Assembly: GCF_018350175.1 (NCBI RefSeq)
Contig: NC_058368.1
Span: 30,568,001 to 30,632,000 of the forward strand
Length of the DNA stretch: 64,000 nucleotides
Direction: 5' to 3'
Source of the DNA: Felis catus
Taxonomy: Eukaryota
Made by a program: the position numbers and the translations under genes. The notes below the pieces were generated by a model. The model was not told the origin of the DNA and did not search any database. It saw only the letters and a list, made by a program, of their open reading frames with translations. The number at the start of each line of letters is the position of its first letter. The stretch's first letter is position 1. Positions 39,007-51,766 of this stretch are shown here, in pieces.

Positions 39007-39203
39007 TTAATGGTTTTATTCATTTTTGAGAGACAGAGAGACAGAGCGTGAGCAGGGGAGGGACAGAGAGAGGGGGAGACACAGAATCCAAAGTAGGCTC
39101 CAGGCTCTGAGCTGTCAGCACAGAGTCCAATGTGGGGCTCAAACCCATAAACCATGAGATCATGGGTTTGGACACTTAACCAACTGAGCCACCCAGATGC
39201 CCC
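39007..39203 (-). mobile_element. Can-SINE
   Basis: TSD gccatgaagctttttt. Confidence 0.95.
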
Positions 39204-39214
39204 GCCATGAAGCT

Positions 39215-39424
39215 TTTTTTAAAGTTTATATCTTTACTGAGAGAGATAGAGAGAGAGGGAGAGAGGGAGAGGGGGAGAGAGAGAGAAAGACAGAGAAATC
39301 CCAAACAGCTTCCTGCTGTCAGTGGAGAGCCCAGTGCCGGGCTCGAACTCATGAACAGTGAGATTATGAGCTGAGCTGAAACCAAGAGTTGGATGCTCAA
39401 CTGATTGAGCCACCCAGGTGCCCC
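39215..39424 (-). mobile_element. Can-SINE (older)
   Basis: TSD ccatgaagct. Confidence 0.95.
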
Positions 39425-40340
39425 TACCATGAAGCTGAACTTCACTGAATGCAGAAGGCATATAAAACTCTAGACAGTATTAAAGAATACGAGTAAGATT
39501 GGACTCTTCTCTACAGTTATAAGGACATAGTAATTAACACAGTGATATATTGGTGTAGACAGATAAAAAGAAGCCAGTAGAACAGAATCCAAACCTAAAG
39601 GGACTTGACATATAAATGTTTAACACATAATATTGTGTGATTCAGGTGGCAATACCAAGTGTGAAAAAAAAAAATCTGGGCAATCCTCAGGCCACTGGGG
39701 GGAGGAAATATTCCCATTTTTTAATCAGATCCTCAAAATAACATGTGAGAGATAATCTATATGACCAAAGATATCACAGAGTGAAAACATAACAGATGGG
39801 AAGAAAATATTTGTACTTGATATAAAATGGTGAGAGATTGGTGCAGAGAATACATGGAGGACCCCCAGAAATCAGTACAAAAATGATGAAAAATGGACAG
39901 TGAATATTAAGTCATTGGAAAGGAATCATGAAAGTCAATAAGCACACTAAAATGCCTAGCCACACAAATGGGATAGTGCAAATTAAAATAAATAATCTAT
40001 ACTATTTTATACCCATCAAGTTGGAAAAAAGAAAAATCTAATAACACCACGTTTGACAATGGCGTAAAGAAACGGGAATCCATATCCGGAGAGCTTGAGT
40101 AAAGAAATGTGGTGATATTGAGGGGAATATGGTATAAAATTCAAAAATTCCACTCCTGGCTCTCTCCAGAGAGAAACTCTTTGACATACGTACAAGAATG
40201 GTATTGCAGTAATAGTTTTCTAACACCAAAAGTGTAAAAACAACTTATCTGTCCCTCAAAAGGGAGTTGAATATAAAAATGTGGCTCAATCATGCAATTG
40301 AGTAACATGTGACATGTAAAAGAATGAATTGGACTGGGGT

Positions 40341-40560
40341 GGGGTGCCTGGGTGGCTCAGTCAGTTAAGTGTCTGACTCTTGATTTCAGCTCAAGTCATG
40401 ATCTCATGTTTCGGGAGTTCAAGCCCTGTGACAGGCTCTGAACTGATATCTCAGAGCATGCTTGGGATTCTCTCTCTCCCTCTCTCTCTCTACCCCTCCC
40501 TGCTAGCGTGCGCTCTCTCTCTCTCTGTCTCAGAAAAAGAAATAAACATTAAAAAAGAAA
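40341..40560 (+). mobile_element. Can-SINE
   Basis: Head, body and tail; degenerate TSD ga(a/t)tgaa(t/c)tgga. Confidence 0.94.
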
Positions 40561-41024
40561 GGATTGAACTGGATCTATAGTTATCATGGAGGAAACAAAC
40601 TACAAAATAATATGCAGAAGGTACTACAACTAATGTAGAAATGTAAAACACAGTATTTATGGAGTTTATAGATAAATGTATATTTGGTAAATTTATAAAA
40701 ATACCACATGTATTAAAATCTTACACACTATGGATAAATGATTATGTATGCAGAGAACTTGAAAGACAAGTTGGGGGGGAGAGTAGGACTTGGCCTTTAA
40801 ACTTTTATTTACTTCTTACAATAGTGAACTGAATGAGATACTACAAAATATTACTGTCTGTACACTGGGGTTATGAGAACCTGTTTGGATGTTTAAAATA
40901 TTTAATATTGTTTTTAAAAATTAAGAATTTATGTAAAGGCTAAGCCAGAAAGAGGAGTCCTAATTTTGGCAGTCTCTGAGGTGTCGGAAGGAAGTTATTC
41001 TGTTTTTTTTTCTAGCTCCTCTCT

Positions 41025-41179
41025 GGGCGCCTGGGTGGCTCAGTCGGCTGAGTGTCCAACTCTTGATTTCGGCTCAGTTCATTGTTCTAGGGTCATGAGA
41101 CGGAGTCCCGTGTCGGGTTCCACGCTGAGTGGAACCTGCCTAGGATTCTCTGTCTCTCTCCCTCTGCCCATCTCTCCTT

Positions 41180-41232
<53 letters not shown>

Positions 41233-41277
41233 ATAGATAGATAGATAGATAGATAGATAAGTAAATATTACTCTTAA
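41025..41277 (+). mobile_element. Older Can-SINE with (CT)n and (GATA)n tail
   Basis: TSD agctcctct. Confidence 0.93.
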
Positions 41278-43534
41278 AGCTCCTCTGTATGCATAGGGAT
41301 CTCCATTATCCTAATGAGTGCAAATAAGTTACTAAATAACTTAGAATAGTCAGTAAATTAAATCATCAGTAATTTATTTTGCATAATGCCCAGCACCAGC
41401 GCCTGCACAAATTGATATTCTGTCAATATTTTGGATAATAATGTTGGTGATTCTGATACAGTACCCACAGACTGGTGACTCAGAATTGCAAGTTCATAGC
41501 TCTTTGTCAATGTAGAATTTGACTGCAGGTAACCCTTCTCAAATGAGATGATGCGGTCTGAGTCAGATACCTTTCAAATTCCTAATGAATGTGAATTGAA
41601 GGAACTGGCTGTATGGATGTAAGGACTCAAGTGCTGTGCTGGTAGGTCCGAATTCCGACCATCAGTGCTGCAAAGGACACTGAATTCTTGTGAGGATGGC
41701 CATTCAGGAAATGTCTGGATCTGTTTCCCGAGGCCTAGCTTTGATACCTACATCTGGTTAGAAGGGAAAAGCAAGTTATTACTTTCCCGTATCTTATGCA
41801 GACTCTCCAGATTTTGACTGTTTTCCTCGTGTATCATTCAAAAGAATCAATATCAATTTCAATGGTGTAACTGAGAGAGAACTAAGAAAATCACAGCTCA
41901 CTTATTTCTTTCACCTGCCTCTCCAGTATATTTTCTGAAATGACAGGCAACTATTTTAAAAGTTAACAGTTCTCTCTTAAATTCTCACGAACTGCGCGTA
42001 GGAATTTATTTTTCCACAGTGGAATTTGCGATGATGTAAAGGATGGAGAAGGTTTTCAAAATAACTGGATTTCAACAAGGCAACAAATGTAAAGCAATTC
42101 ATTAGAGAGGCTGATCGTAGTAGCGAAGGCGATTCTCCGTGGGAATAGCAGCCTGTTTGTTAATTTACCCAAATAACGTATCTGTGGATCAAAGATCTAT
42201 TAAAGAAATGTCTGAGATGCAGGTTTCCTTGAAAACATAATTTTCTGTGTATTAGAAGAGCATTTTGTAAGATAGCAGAAATGACAAGAATTTGGCGACT
42301 ACGAGGATAAAGACTATGCTGCCGATGAAAATCAATCAAGAGAGAACACAGTATTTATAAAAACTTGATCCTAACAAAGATGCAGCTACAGCAACTGCCC
42401 TGTGATAATGAAGTGCACAAATTATCAGGCACAACATAATGAATGCCTTGTTTCCAATCAGCCTTTATAAACAAACAGTGGTGGATCCATCATCCAAAAT
42501 TAGCAAAAACATCAGAGTGCAATGATGATTTAATTAAAATAGGCAGGGTAGAGAAATGCATCAAAAAGTGAAGGCTGCACATAAAATAATATGCTAGCGA
42601 AGTGTGTTGAAATAGAAATCTCGAAGCAGAATTCCTATATAATCCAATACTCCTTCTCGAGAGAATGTATTTGAACCGTGATGTTGTTATAGTTATTATA
42701 ATTACAGACAGAGTTCACATTCAAGTCTGAATGAAAGCAATGCCTCTATTTACAGGAAGAGTCTGAACTTGGATGAACAGTGGCACAAGCGTGCAGAAGT
42801 CTATCTTTTGAGATATTTTACCATATTTTCTATGAATTATTCACATAAAAGTAGGCACTGACTTGGTCTTCTAAGGTGATCAGACTATAGCCACACTATG
42901 ATGATACATTTTGAGAAAACAATACCATTGTTAGATCATGAAGAGTTTTCATACACACAGAATACAATTGATTATTGGCACACATTTTAGAATTCGAAGT
43001 GTTTCGAATTTTAGTCTTTTAACTATTTTCACATCATTCTGGGGGATATTGCATTTATTCTTATTTTGAACTTTATTTTATTTTTCAAAAATATAGTATC
43101 TTTGGTTCAAGAATTTTAGGACATGGTGTTAATTTCCATCTTTAGAGCAATTTACATATTATATGAAGCATAAAATCACTTTAAAGATCTTTATTTTGAT
43201 AGAAAAATATATTTTTTTAAGTTTTGAAGCAGACTTATTGATTAGGCTATGTATTACAAGCTCCCAACATCTGATCATAAATATAAAATAATAAATATAA
43301 ATTAAATAAATAAATAAACAAATAAATAAATAAATATTTTTTGAATGCACCAGTAACATTTTCAATAACAATTTAACATAAGACTAAACACAGCTGATCT
43401 TTTTATCTTAATAAAGATGTGTTTTGCACTAAATTCTATATTAGTGCTAGAGTAATATCAAGTAGTGAATAATCATAAATGTGGGGTTCTAAACAAAATT
43501 TAAGGGTCAATTTGCTTCTGAGAGTTAAAATTTG

Positions 43535-43613
<79 letters not shown>
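43535..43613. repeat. (TG)n(AG)n compound microsatellite
   Basis: Direct reading. Confidence 0.96.
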
Positions 43614-43683
43614 AATTTTGAAAAGGGAACATAGCAGGCACATTAGTAGGTCTGTTGTTATCTGTAAGAAATCTAAAAATTCA

Positions 43684-43851
43684 GGAGCACCTGGGTGGCT
43701 CAGTCAGTTGAGCATCCAACTTCAGCTCAGGTGATGATCTCATGGTTCTTGGGTTCGAGCCCTGTATTGGTTTCTATGCTGACAGCTCAGAGTCTGGAGA
43801 CTGCTTCCGCTTCTGTGTCTTCCTCTCTCTCTGGCCCTCCCCTGCTTGTGT

Positions 43852-43903
<52 letters not shown>

Positions 43904-43930
43904 AAATACATAAATAAACATTTTTTAAGA
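43684..43930 (+). mobile_element. Can-SINE
   Basis: TSD agaaa(t/a)ctaaaaattca. Confidence 0.95.
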
Positions 43931-45339
43931 AGAAAACTAAAAATTCATATATGTATGCTTTTATCCTTACTTAACGGTTGTTTCTGTGTTGCCTTTGTTA
44001 AAACCCGAGATATAGTATTTAAAAATATATATGGATAAACAGAGGAAATTGGGAAGCAGATTTGCTCAACTGATCACTTGCAGTCGCACTCTTAGTCTCA
44101 GTGAACTGCTCATCCTTTACAGCAGAGACTCCTCCCTTTGAACTTAAGCTTGCTCTTTGCAGATACTAAGGCATGAGAAGAAGGAAATCTGGGCTGAGAA
44201 CTGGAAGATAAATGACTGGCTAAAAGGAAAAGCTTTTATTAAGTTGGTATACATAAAAGAAGATAGAGCTTCTAGGTTCTGATGAAATTACATTTCAAAA
44301 GGGATGGAGAAATATATAGATAAGAAGACCCAAAGAAGTGCAGCTTGCGTAAGAGTACCGGGTCTCGGAAAGTCAGTTTCCACTTCCCATTCAGACAGTG
44401 ATGTTTCTCATTTCTCTTCCTCTGCTCTGAGCCATGTACTGCTCTTCTGTGGATCTGAGGATCCTGCTACATAGCCTGTCATATTACATCTATCCCTCTT
44501 CTCCACTGGAACATTCAACATTATGCTTTGTCCTAATTGTGTCACCTTCGCCTACACCTTTATTTTTTTTTTTAACACATTCATTCTCTGTTTCTTCTTC
44601 CCTTTGTCTTTGGATTTCTTTCCTTTTTGTCTTCTGCATTGATTTAGAGAGTCGGCACAGTTAGATTTTAACAATATTTACTATTATCACAAACATTGAC
44701 TATAACAGCTTCAGTGATATTTCGCTGATTATCAAATTCAAGGATAACAGGGCACCTTCTGACTTTTCTATTTTTATGTACTTTTTCTCTCTCCTTCAGT
44801 TTTTCAATCTTTCTTGATAGAATCGAAGTTTAGATCTGGATGTTTGTTACAAATATTTCTTTTAACCATCATGTCCAGCATTTATGGCAGTTGTAACAAG
44901 GTTTTATATAATAGTTACAGCTATCCCTTGTTTTTCGTTTTAGGTCATTCCTTCTCTTACTTGTGATTTCTTGCCCAATTGGTTTGAATTGCACCTTTTC
45001 CCCAAAAGATCGAGTATTTAATGAGTTTTTTTTTTTTTACATGTGAATGGCTTTTATTTACTTCACCAAAAAATAATAGGCTCTGGAAGGTATCATGTGT
45101 TGGTACATTTTCCATAAAATATTTGTCAACATTTCCACTCTCATCTAGCCTTTAGTGCCACATCAGGAGAACCTGAGCTCAACCATGTGTTTCATTTTTT
45201 TACAATGTATTTGGTTGTCCTTACATATCTGTGAAACGTAAAAAATCTTTATAATTCAAACTTTTGTTTGGATTATATAAATCATGTTCCTTTAATTTTC
45301 TCTGAAACATAACTCCTTTTACCCCATACTATTTCCCTC

Positions 45340-45715
45340 CATATTTTAATTTAAAAACTATAAAACCTATAAAAAAAGTGGATAGATTAAGACAACAAAC
45401 ACCTATCTGCCTTTCACACATCAGTAATAAATGGCCACATTTGCTTCAGAGACAGACAGAGAAAGAGATAGATGACATATGCATCAATCAATAAGTTGAT
45501 CAAGAGACAAATGGATAAATGTGTATTGGTGTGTATACACAAAATTGTGTGTGAATACATAGGCTTGATCAGTTGGAAGTAAGTTACAGACATTATGGCA
45601 TTTTTCCCCGAAGTACCTTGGGATATTTTATGAGAATAATGGCATTTTCTGATGCAACTATATCATTGCCACACCTAAAAAATTAATATTGGTTAAGTAA
45701 TACCTAATACACCAT
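45340..45715 (-). mobile_element. L1MC4/5-like 3'UTR fragment
   Basis: aagtaagttacagacattatg...atcattgccacacctaaaaaattaata. Confidence 0.65.
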
Positions 45716-46164
45716 ACCTTCTCTCTCTGCCTCTGTATCTATCAACATCTTTCTTATCATTGTAACTCTTTGTGCTTCTTCTGTATTCTAAGAACATAGA
45801 CACGTGCAGTGTATCTATGTCAAGTTCATTTAGTAATCTTTCTGTTCCTTGATTGCTTCCAATGGATTATTTAATTCTGTCATTGAAGAATTATCTTTGC
45901 ATATTATCCTGTTTCCCCATTTCATCTAGTAGTGTATACTATTATCCTGATCTATTCTTATGATCTTTTTTCCTCATGGCCATGTTTAATTATATCACGA
46001 GAGTTCCAGATAGTATTCTAGACTTCCTATGCCTATATTTCATTATGACTTTGACATGTCACTATGACATTTTTTTTTCTCTTTTAAGTATCCAAGATGT
46101 GTTTCCTTTTGCTTATGCTATGGGCTGAATTATATATATTTTTTCTCCAGTTACTGTTACTTTA

Positions 46165-46387
46165 TTTTTTTTTTAATTTTTTTAATGTTTATTTATTTTT
46201 GAGACAGAGAGAGACAGAGCATGAATGGGGGGAGGGTCAGAGAGAGAGGGAAACACAGAATCGGAAGCAGGCTCCAGGCTCCGAGCTGTCAGCACAGAGC
46301 CCGACGCGGGGCTCAAACTCGTGAACCACGAGATCATGACCTGAGCTGAAGTTGGTCACTCAACCGACTGAGCCACCCAGGTGCCCC
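46165..46387 (-). mobile_element. Can-SINE (SINEC_Fc-like)
   Basis: Perfect 19-bp TSD tccagttactgttacttta. Confidence 0.97.
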
Positions 46388-47364
46388 TCCAGTTACTGTT
46401 ACTTTAAAAAGGATAAATCTATTTACACACAACGATGAGATTTTAGATTGTCCTTGATCTTGCTCAATATCCACATGCTTAGTAATTGACTTTTCTGATC
46501 TACATACGGAAGACAGACCAGACTTCACAGCTCTTATTCCAATATTTGGTGTCTAGAAACGATTTTCCTAGCATGCTTTGATGGGCTGACATAGTAATTT
46601 ATCACCTATTTCTATGGCACTGAGAGCTATAAAAAATTAAATTCCCAAGTACTTCGGACGAGGGTCTTCCTCCAGAGCTTTGCTTTAGGACACCATTCCT
46701 ACCAGAATGCAGTGTGCTCAAATCATCCTATATCTATCCCCACTCTATCTCCCCATGGTCTGTTCTGTTGTGTTCTGGGAGACCAAAACAGCAAAAACAA
46801 AATGATATATAAAGACATGTGGAAATAAGGCTATTATTCTGGCCACTTTGTGCAAAGTAATGCACTACCATATGACACCGTTTAGGATAGGATGTGACGC
46901 AGTGACATGAGATGTAGTGTGACGCAACACAACACGTCACGGCATATGCCATACGATAAAATATTGAAGATATTGAATGATAGGTGTCCAGCTTCCTGAT
47001 CCATATGAACCCTTGATGTCTGAGTCTTGGGCAGAGAGGGAGTATGAGATGGAGAACTATTTTCCCAACTTTGTTTAATGATGTAAACATGAGTTAAGTT
47101 CTTGCTTTTTTAATCAGATTCCAATAACTCTGGTAGATGGATCATTTTAGTTTGGGTCACTATTTCAAGTTGTGTCATTTGCAACATTTTTGCAGATATT
47201 TTGGAGAGGAGGAGTAACGTGCATTAAAGTGAATACCCAAAGCTATTTTAAATTGAAAATTCAGAGCAGCATTTGTGTTTGATCAATTTGACTATTAAGC
47301 TCAAGCAATTTGCATTTCTCCACATCTTCTCTCTTTCAAAAGGATTATTTCCTCAGCATCACTT

Positions 47365-47540
47365 ATTTGGCAAGGTGTTTTGCAAACATTATCCCATTTG
47401 ATTATCACAGTAATGGTGTGGAGTAGGCATTATTACTGTTTCCATTTTTATAAGAGTAGATAACTGGGCCTCAGAAAGTACTTGTTTTCTTTCAAATTCA
47501 TAGTGGAAACAAATCTGTCCAGAAGTCAATGCTGCTTCCT
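47365..47540 (-). mobile_element. MIR
   Basis: cattatcccatttgattatcacagtaa...gtaggcattattactgtttccattttta. Confidence 0.7.
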
Positions 47541-47989
47541 CTATAGGGATATTCCAAAGAGAAGAAAAATTTATTTGATGTAATATTAATTCCTCATAAA
47601 GCACACAGGTAGCAAATGTGAAATAATGATCAAAGGAGACAATGTTGGGAAATTAGTCTTACCTATTTATTCTCTGTAATAGTACACTCAGTTTGAAAGG
47701 GCTAATGATCTGCAGATATTGGTAATTACTTGATATATTAAATATTCCCGAAGAAATATAAATGCCTGGACATAGACATATTATAAAACTACTTTATCTA
47801 TTTATATGCAAATTGAATGCACAGCAAAAAAAAATTTACAATTTGTTTCTAGACATCCAGATTCTCCCAATTCTTTCAAATATTTCCTCCTCAGGAAATT
47901 ATCACTATAACATTTAATCAATTATTGAATCACCTCCCTTGAAAATGCTTTAATAAAAATCTGCTTTGGACTGTCCAAGCCTAAAGTGA

Positions 47990-49450
47990 GTATACATAAA
48001 ATGCTTCAAGAAATGTAGAGAAAATGGTATGGCCTTTTCAATAAAAGGTGCTGAGTTAACTGAGTGTTCATAAGGAAAAAAAATGTACTTTGGTTCCTGC
48101 TCCATAAAACACACACACATGGACATACGCACACAGAGATATGCACACATACACAGATATGCACACATTCCAAATGGGTTGCAGATCTAAATACAAAAGA
48201 CACAACAAATATTTTAGTACAAAATTTAGTAAGAATATCTTCTTTATCTTGGAGTAGAAAAGATTTCTAAAACATAGTGCAAAAATAACTAACCAGAAAA
48301 GAAATAAATTGATAAACTGGAATATTAAAAACCAGAACTTTCTGTTCATCAGAGGGTACTATTAAGAGAGTGAGAAGATTGGGAAGCCTGTGTGACTCAG
48401 TCAGTTAAACATCTGACACTTAATTTCTGCTTAGGTCATGATCTCATGGTTTATGGGATCGAGCCCCTCGTTGAGCTCTGTGCTGATGGCACGGAGCCTG
48501 CTTGGGATTCTCTCTCTCCCTCTCTTTCTGCCCCTCCCCCACTTGTGTCCTCCCTCTGTCTCTCTCTCAAAATAAATAAATAAACATTTAGAAGAAGAGA
48601 AAGAGAGAAGACAACGTATGAGTGGGGAAAGGTATTTGCAATACATCTACCTGCGAAGGCCTCCTTTGTAAAATATGTAGAAGATTCTTACAAATCAATA
48701 AGAAAAATACAAGCGATCAGTGCAAATGTTGCCAAAAGAACTGAAAATAATGTTTACACAAGAAAGTAATCAAGTAATCCCGAAAAGGTGCTTAGTTTTG
48801 TTAGGGAAACCAAAATTTCAATTCACAGTGTGATGCAAAAATAAAAAATACATCCTTATCAGAATGCCAAAAAAGGATAAAACAGCCAGTATTGACCAGA
48901 ATTTGGAAGTGTAAATAGGTAAAATCACTTTGGAATATTATTTGTCAGTATGTGCTAAAGCCGAACTTACATAGTCCCCTGATCCAGCATTTAACGCCAA
49001 AGGATGTTCCTGATTGAAATGTACACATATGTTTGCCAAAAGACATATAACAGAATGTTCACGATGAGTCAGTAACAGCCTAAAATTGGAAATTACCAAA
49101 AGTCGATTAGCAATAGTGAGGATAAATAAATTGTGACATACTCACACAATGAAATAAAGCAATAAGAATGAATGAGTTACATTTAATATGCAAAAATGTG
49201 AATGAATGTCACGAAACATAATGTCAAACGAAAGAACCCGAGAATGAGAGAATGCAAAACTAATTTACGTTGTTAGGATTCAGGACAGTAATTCTGATTT
49301 GAGACTGGAGGTCTTTGTGACTGGAAGGGACACAAGGTGAGCTTCTGGTTAGTTCTTGATCTAAGCACAATTTACACAATTTTTGCACAGCTTGGGAAAA
49401 TACACAGAGAAGCACATTAATAACATGAAATTTTCTGTGTCTGTACAATG
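47990..49450 (+). mobile_element. Old L1 (L1MD/ME-like) 3' portion
   Basis: ccttttcaataaaaggtgctg...ggtatttgcaatacat...aaaagacatataacagaatgttca. Confidence 0.8.
48381..48600 (+). mobile_element. Can-SINE in L1
   Basis: Head, body and tail. Confidence 0.94.
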
Positions 49451-50204
49451 AAAACCTCCAACAACAACACCTTTATTCTGGAGGTTGACCGGGAATTAAA
49501 GTTTCCATTTTTTTGCAGGTTAGAAAACAATGCAAAATTCTTTGGACTGTGCCTGATACATTTATTCCACTCGTGATATATACTACCACATTTGTAGCCT
49601 GTATGATGCTACCATGAAGGAGATGATCTGAGAATCCTAGAACTGAAAGAGATGATGGAATCCCCCGTTTCAGACTCATGGTTTAGAGGCATTATTTTTT
49701 GTTGCTGTTAAATAATATCTATTGAACAGTCAGGGCTCAGAGGTGTCAGACGACTTACATTGATGATGGTGATAGTATGTCAGCCTCCCTGAATGATCTA
49801 GCACCCTACTTCACACTAGAATAATGGAACTGGTTGATTTTGTTAGACTCCATGTAGAACTCTGGTTGAAAGCTAGTCTCAATGCCAAATGTAGTCCAGC
49901 GTCATTGAGAAGTTAACTTTTGAACATACTGGAGGTGTTTCCAAGGAGTTATAATATCCTGATGAGCACAGTAAGCACACATACACTCCAAATCACCATC
50001 GTATCAAGATAACGTGATATGTATTCAAAGCTCCTTATGTTTGAAAACTTTCCAACCATTGTTACTTTGAAACTTAGCTGAAGGTCATTAACAAAAGAAC
50101 TTATAATGTAAGAATAAGTAGAAGGGCACACTCTGTTTACTTAGATTCCTTATCATCTAGCTATAATTTCTAGAACACAGAGTGCAAATAGCAAAACCAC
50201 AACA

Positions 50205-50380
50205 ATAGCGTTCAGGGTGTGGAGACCTGAGTTTTGGCCTAGTTTAACCAGTAGCCAGATATGTGATCATGGACAGTTGTTAAAACTTCTCAGAGCATAA
50301 TCTTCATTACTGGTTAAATGAAGCAATTGAATTTGATGATTATTAATTTCCCTTTTAACTTCATGATCATGTAGTTCTCA
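50205..50380 (+). mobile_element. MIR fragment
   Basis: ggagacctgagttttggcc...tgtgatcatggacagttgttaaaacttctc. Confidence 0.6.
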
Positions 50381-51296
50381 TTATAATGCTGGCTTTTGTA
50401 TCATTCAGATATATTTCATGCTGCTTACTTTTCTAAAAGTCTGTATCCCTTTCTCCCGTATTGTTTCTTTTGTTTTATCTGGACCAAAATTTATCCTTAT
50501 TGAAACCCGAAATTCAACTAAATTCAAGCTTATTCATTTAATGTCAACTGTGGGAAATATAAATAGAAAATTACTAATTTTGTAGCTAATTTAAGCACCT
50601 CTAATGATCAGCAATTATCAGAAATAAAAGGGTATGAGTAATACTTTATAAACCCAGTTAGTCAACACAATCTTTGCTTGTGCTTGACACAATTGAATGC
50701 AAAGAGGACATTTATAGATAATCTAAAAATTACCACAATAAGCATATTTATTAAAAAATGTGAATTCAAGCTCTAGCTAATATTAAGTTGAATTTGAACC
50801 AGTATTCAAATAATAGTAATAATCATTTTGTAAAGACTTTATCATATATGCTTTTTACCTTAAAACCATATGTGTCTAACATTTATGTTCAACTTTAAAC
50901 CACTTTTTTCTTAAAGCATTTCCCTAGAAATTTTGTTCAGAGTTTTAAGTTGTGCTAAAAGCATATTGTTTTGTTAGCATACTGATTTCACTTTGTTTAA
51001 GATTAAACTTCACCACAGGAAATAGCTTTGTATTATTTTAATAGATAATTTCAGAAAATAGTCAAGCATACAACATTAGGTAAATAGTAGAAAATGTAGG
51101 GAATGAAAAGAAATAATAGAATATGAAGCAATTGAAACCTTTTGAAAATCTTTGGTTTGGGGAGTTAAAGAAGTAACCAGCAGAAAGACTTTCATTTGTA
51201 GATACCAGATGAAATTGAAGAGTTGGGGCATGTAAGAACAAAAAGGTACAGGGCAGTAGGCAAATCCACTTCTTAATTAAAAATAAAGACATTAAT

Positions 51297-51513
51297 GGGG
51301 CGCCTGGGTGGCTCAGTTGATTGAGTGTCTGACTTCGGCTCAGGTCATGATCTCACGGGTTGTGAGTTCAAGCCCCACATCGGGCTCTGTGCTGACAGCT
51401 CAGACCGTGGAGCCTACTTCAGATTCTGTCTCTGTCTCTGTCTCTCTCTCTGCCCAACCCTTGCTCATGCACTGTCTCTCTCTCTCGCTCTCTCAAATAT
51501 AAATAGACATTAA
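51297..51513 (+). mobile_element. Can-SINE
   Basis: Perfect 17-bp TSD aaaaataaagacattaa. Confidence 0.96.
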
Positions 51514-51543
51514 AAAAATAAAGACATTAAAGAACACTATTCT

Positions 51544-51766
51544 GGGGCGCCTGGGTGGCGCAGTCGGTTAAGCGTCCGACTTCAGCCAGGTCACGATCTC
51601 GCGGTCCGTGAGTTCGAGCCCCGCGTCGGGCTCTGGGCTGATGGCTCAGAGCCTGGAGCCTGTTTCCGATTCTGTGTCTCCCTCTCTCTCTGCCTCTCCC
51701 CCGTTCATGCTCTGTCTCTCTCTGTCCCAAAAATAAATAAACGTTGAAAAAAAATTAAAAAAAAAA
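51544..51766 (+). mobile_element. Young Can-SINE (SINEC_Fc)
   Basis: CpGs intact; TSD actattct. Confidence 0.97.

Larger units (their letters stand above)
37880..40920 (+). mobile_element. Old L1 (L1ME/L1M5-like) ORF2 and 3'UTR remnant
   Basis: A-rich sequence with ccaggcccacatggct, ttatttgtagatgatatacttgtctacata and L1 3' motifs. Confidence 0.75.

Noticed and set aside
51544..51625. tRNA-like sequences with A and B boxes
   Set aside because: These are the tRNA-derived heads of Can-SINEs, followed by the CT body and A-tail.
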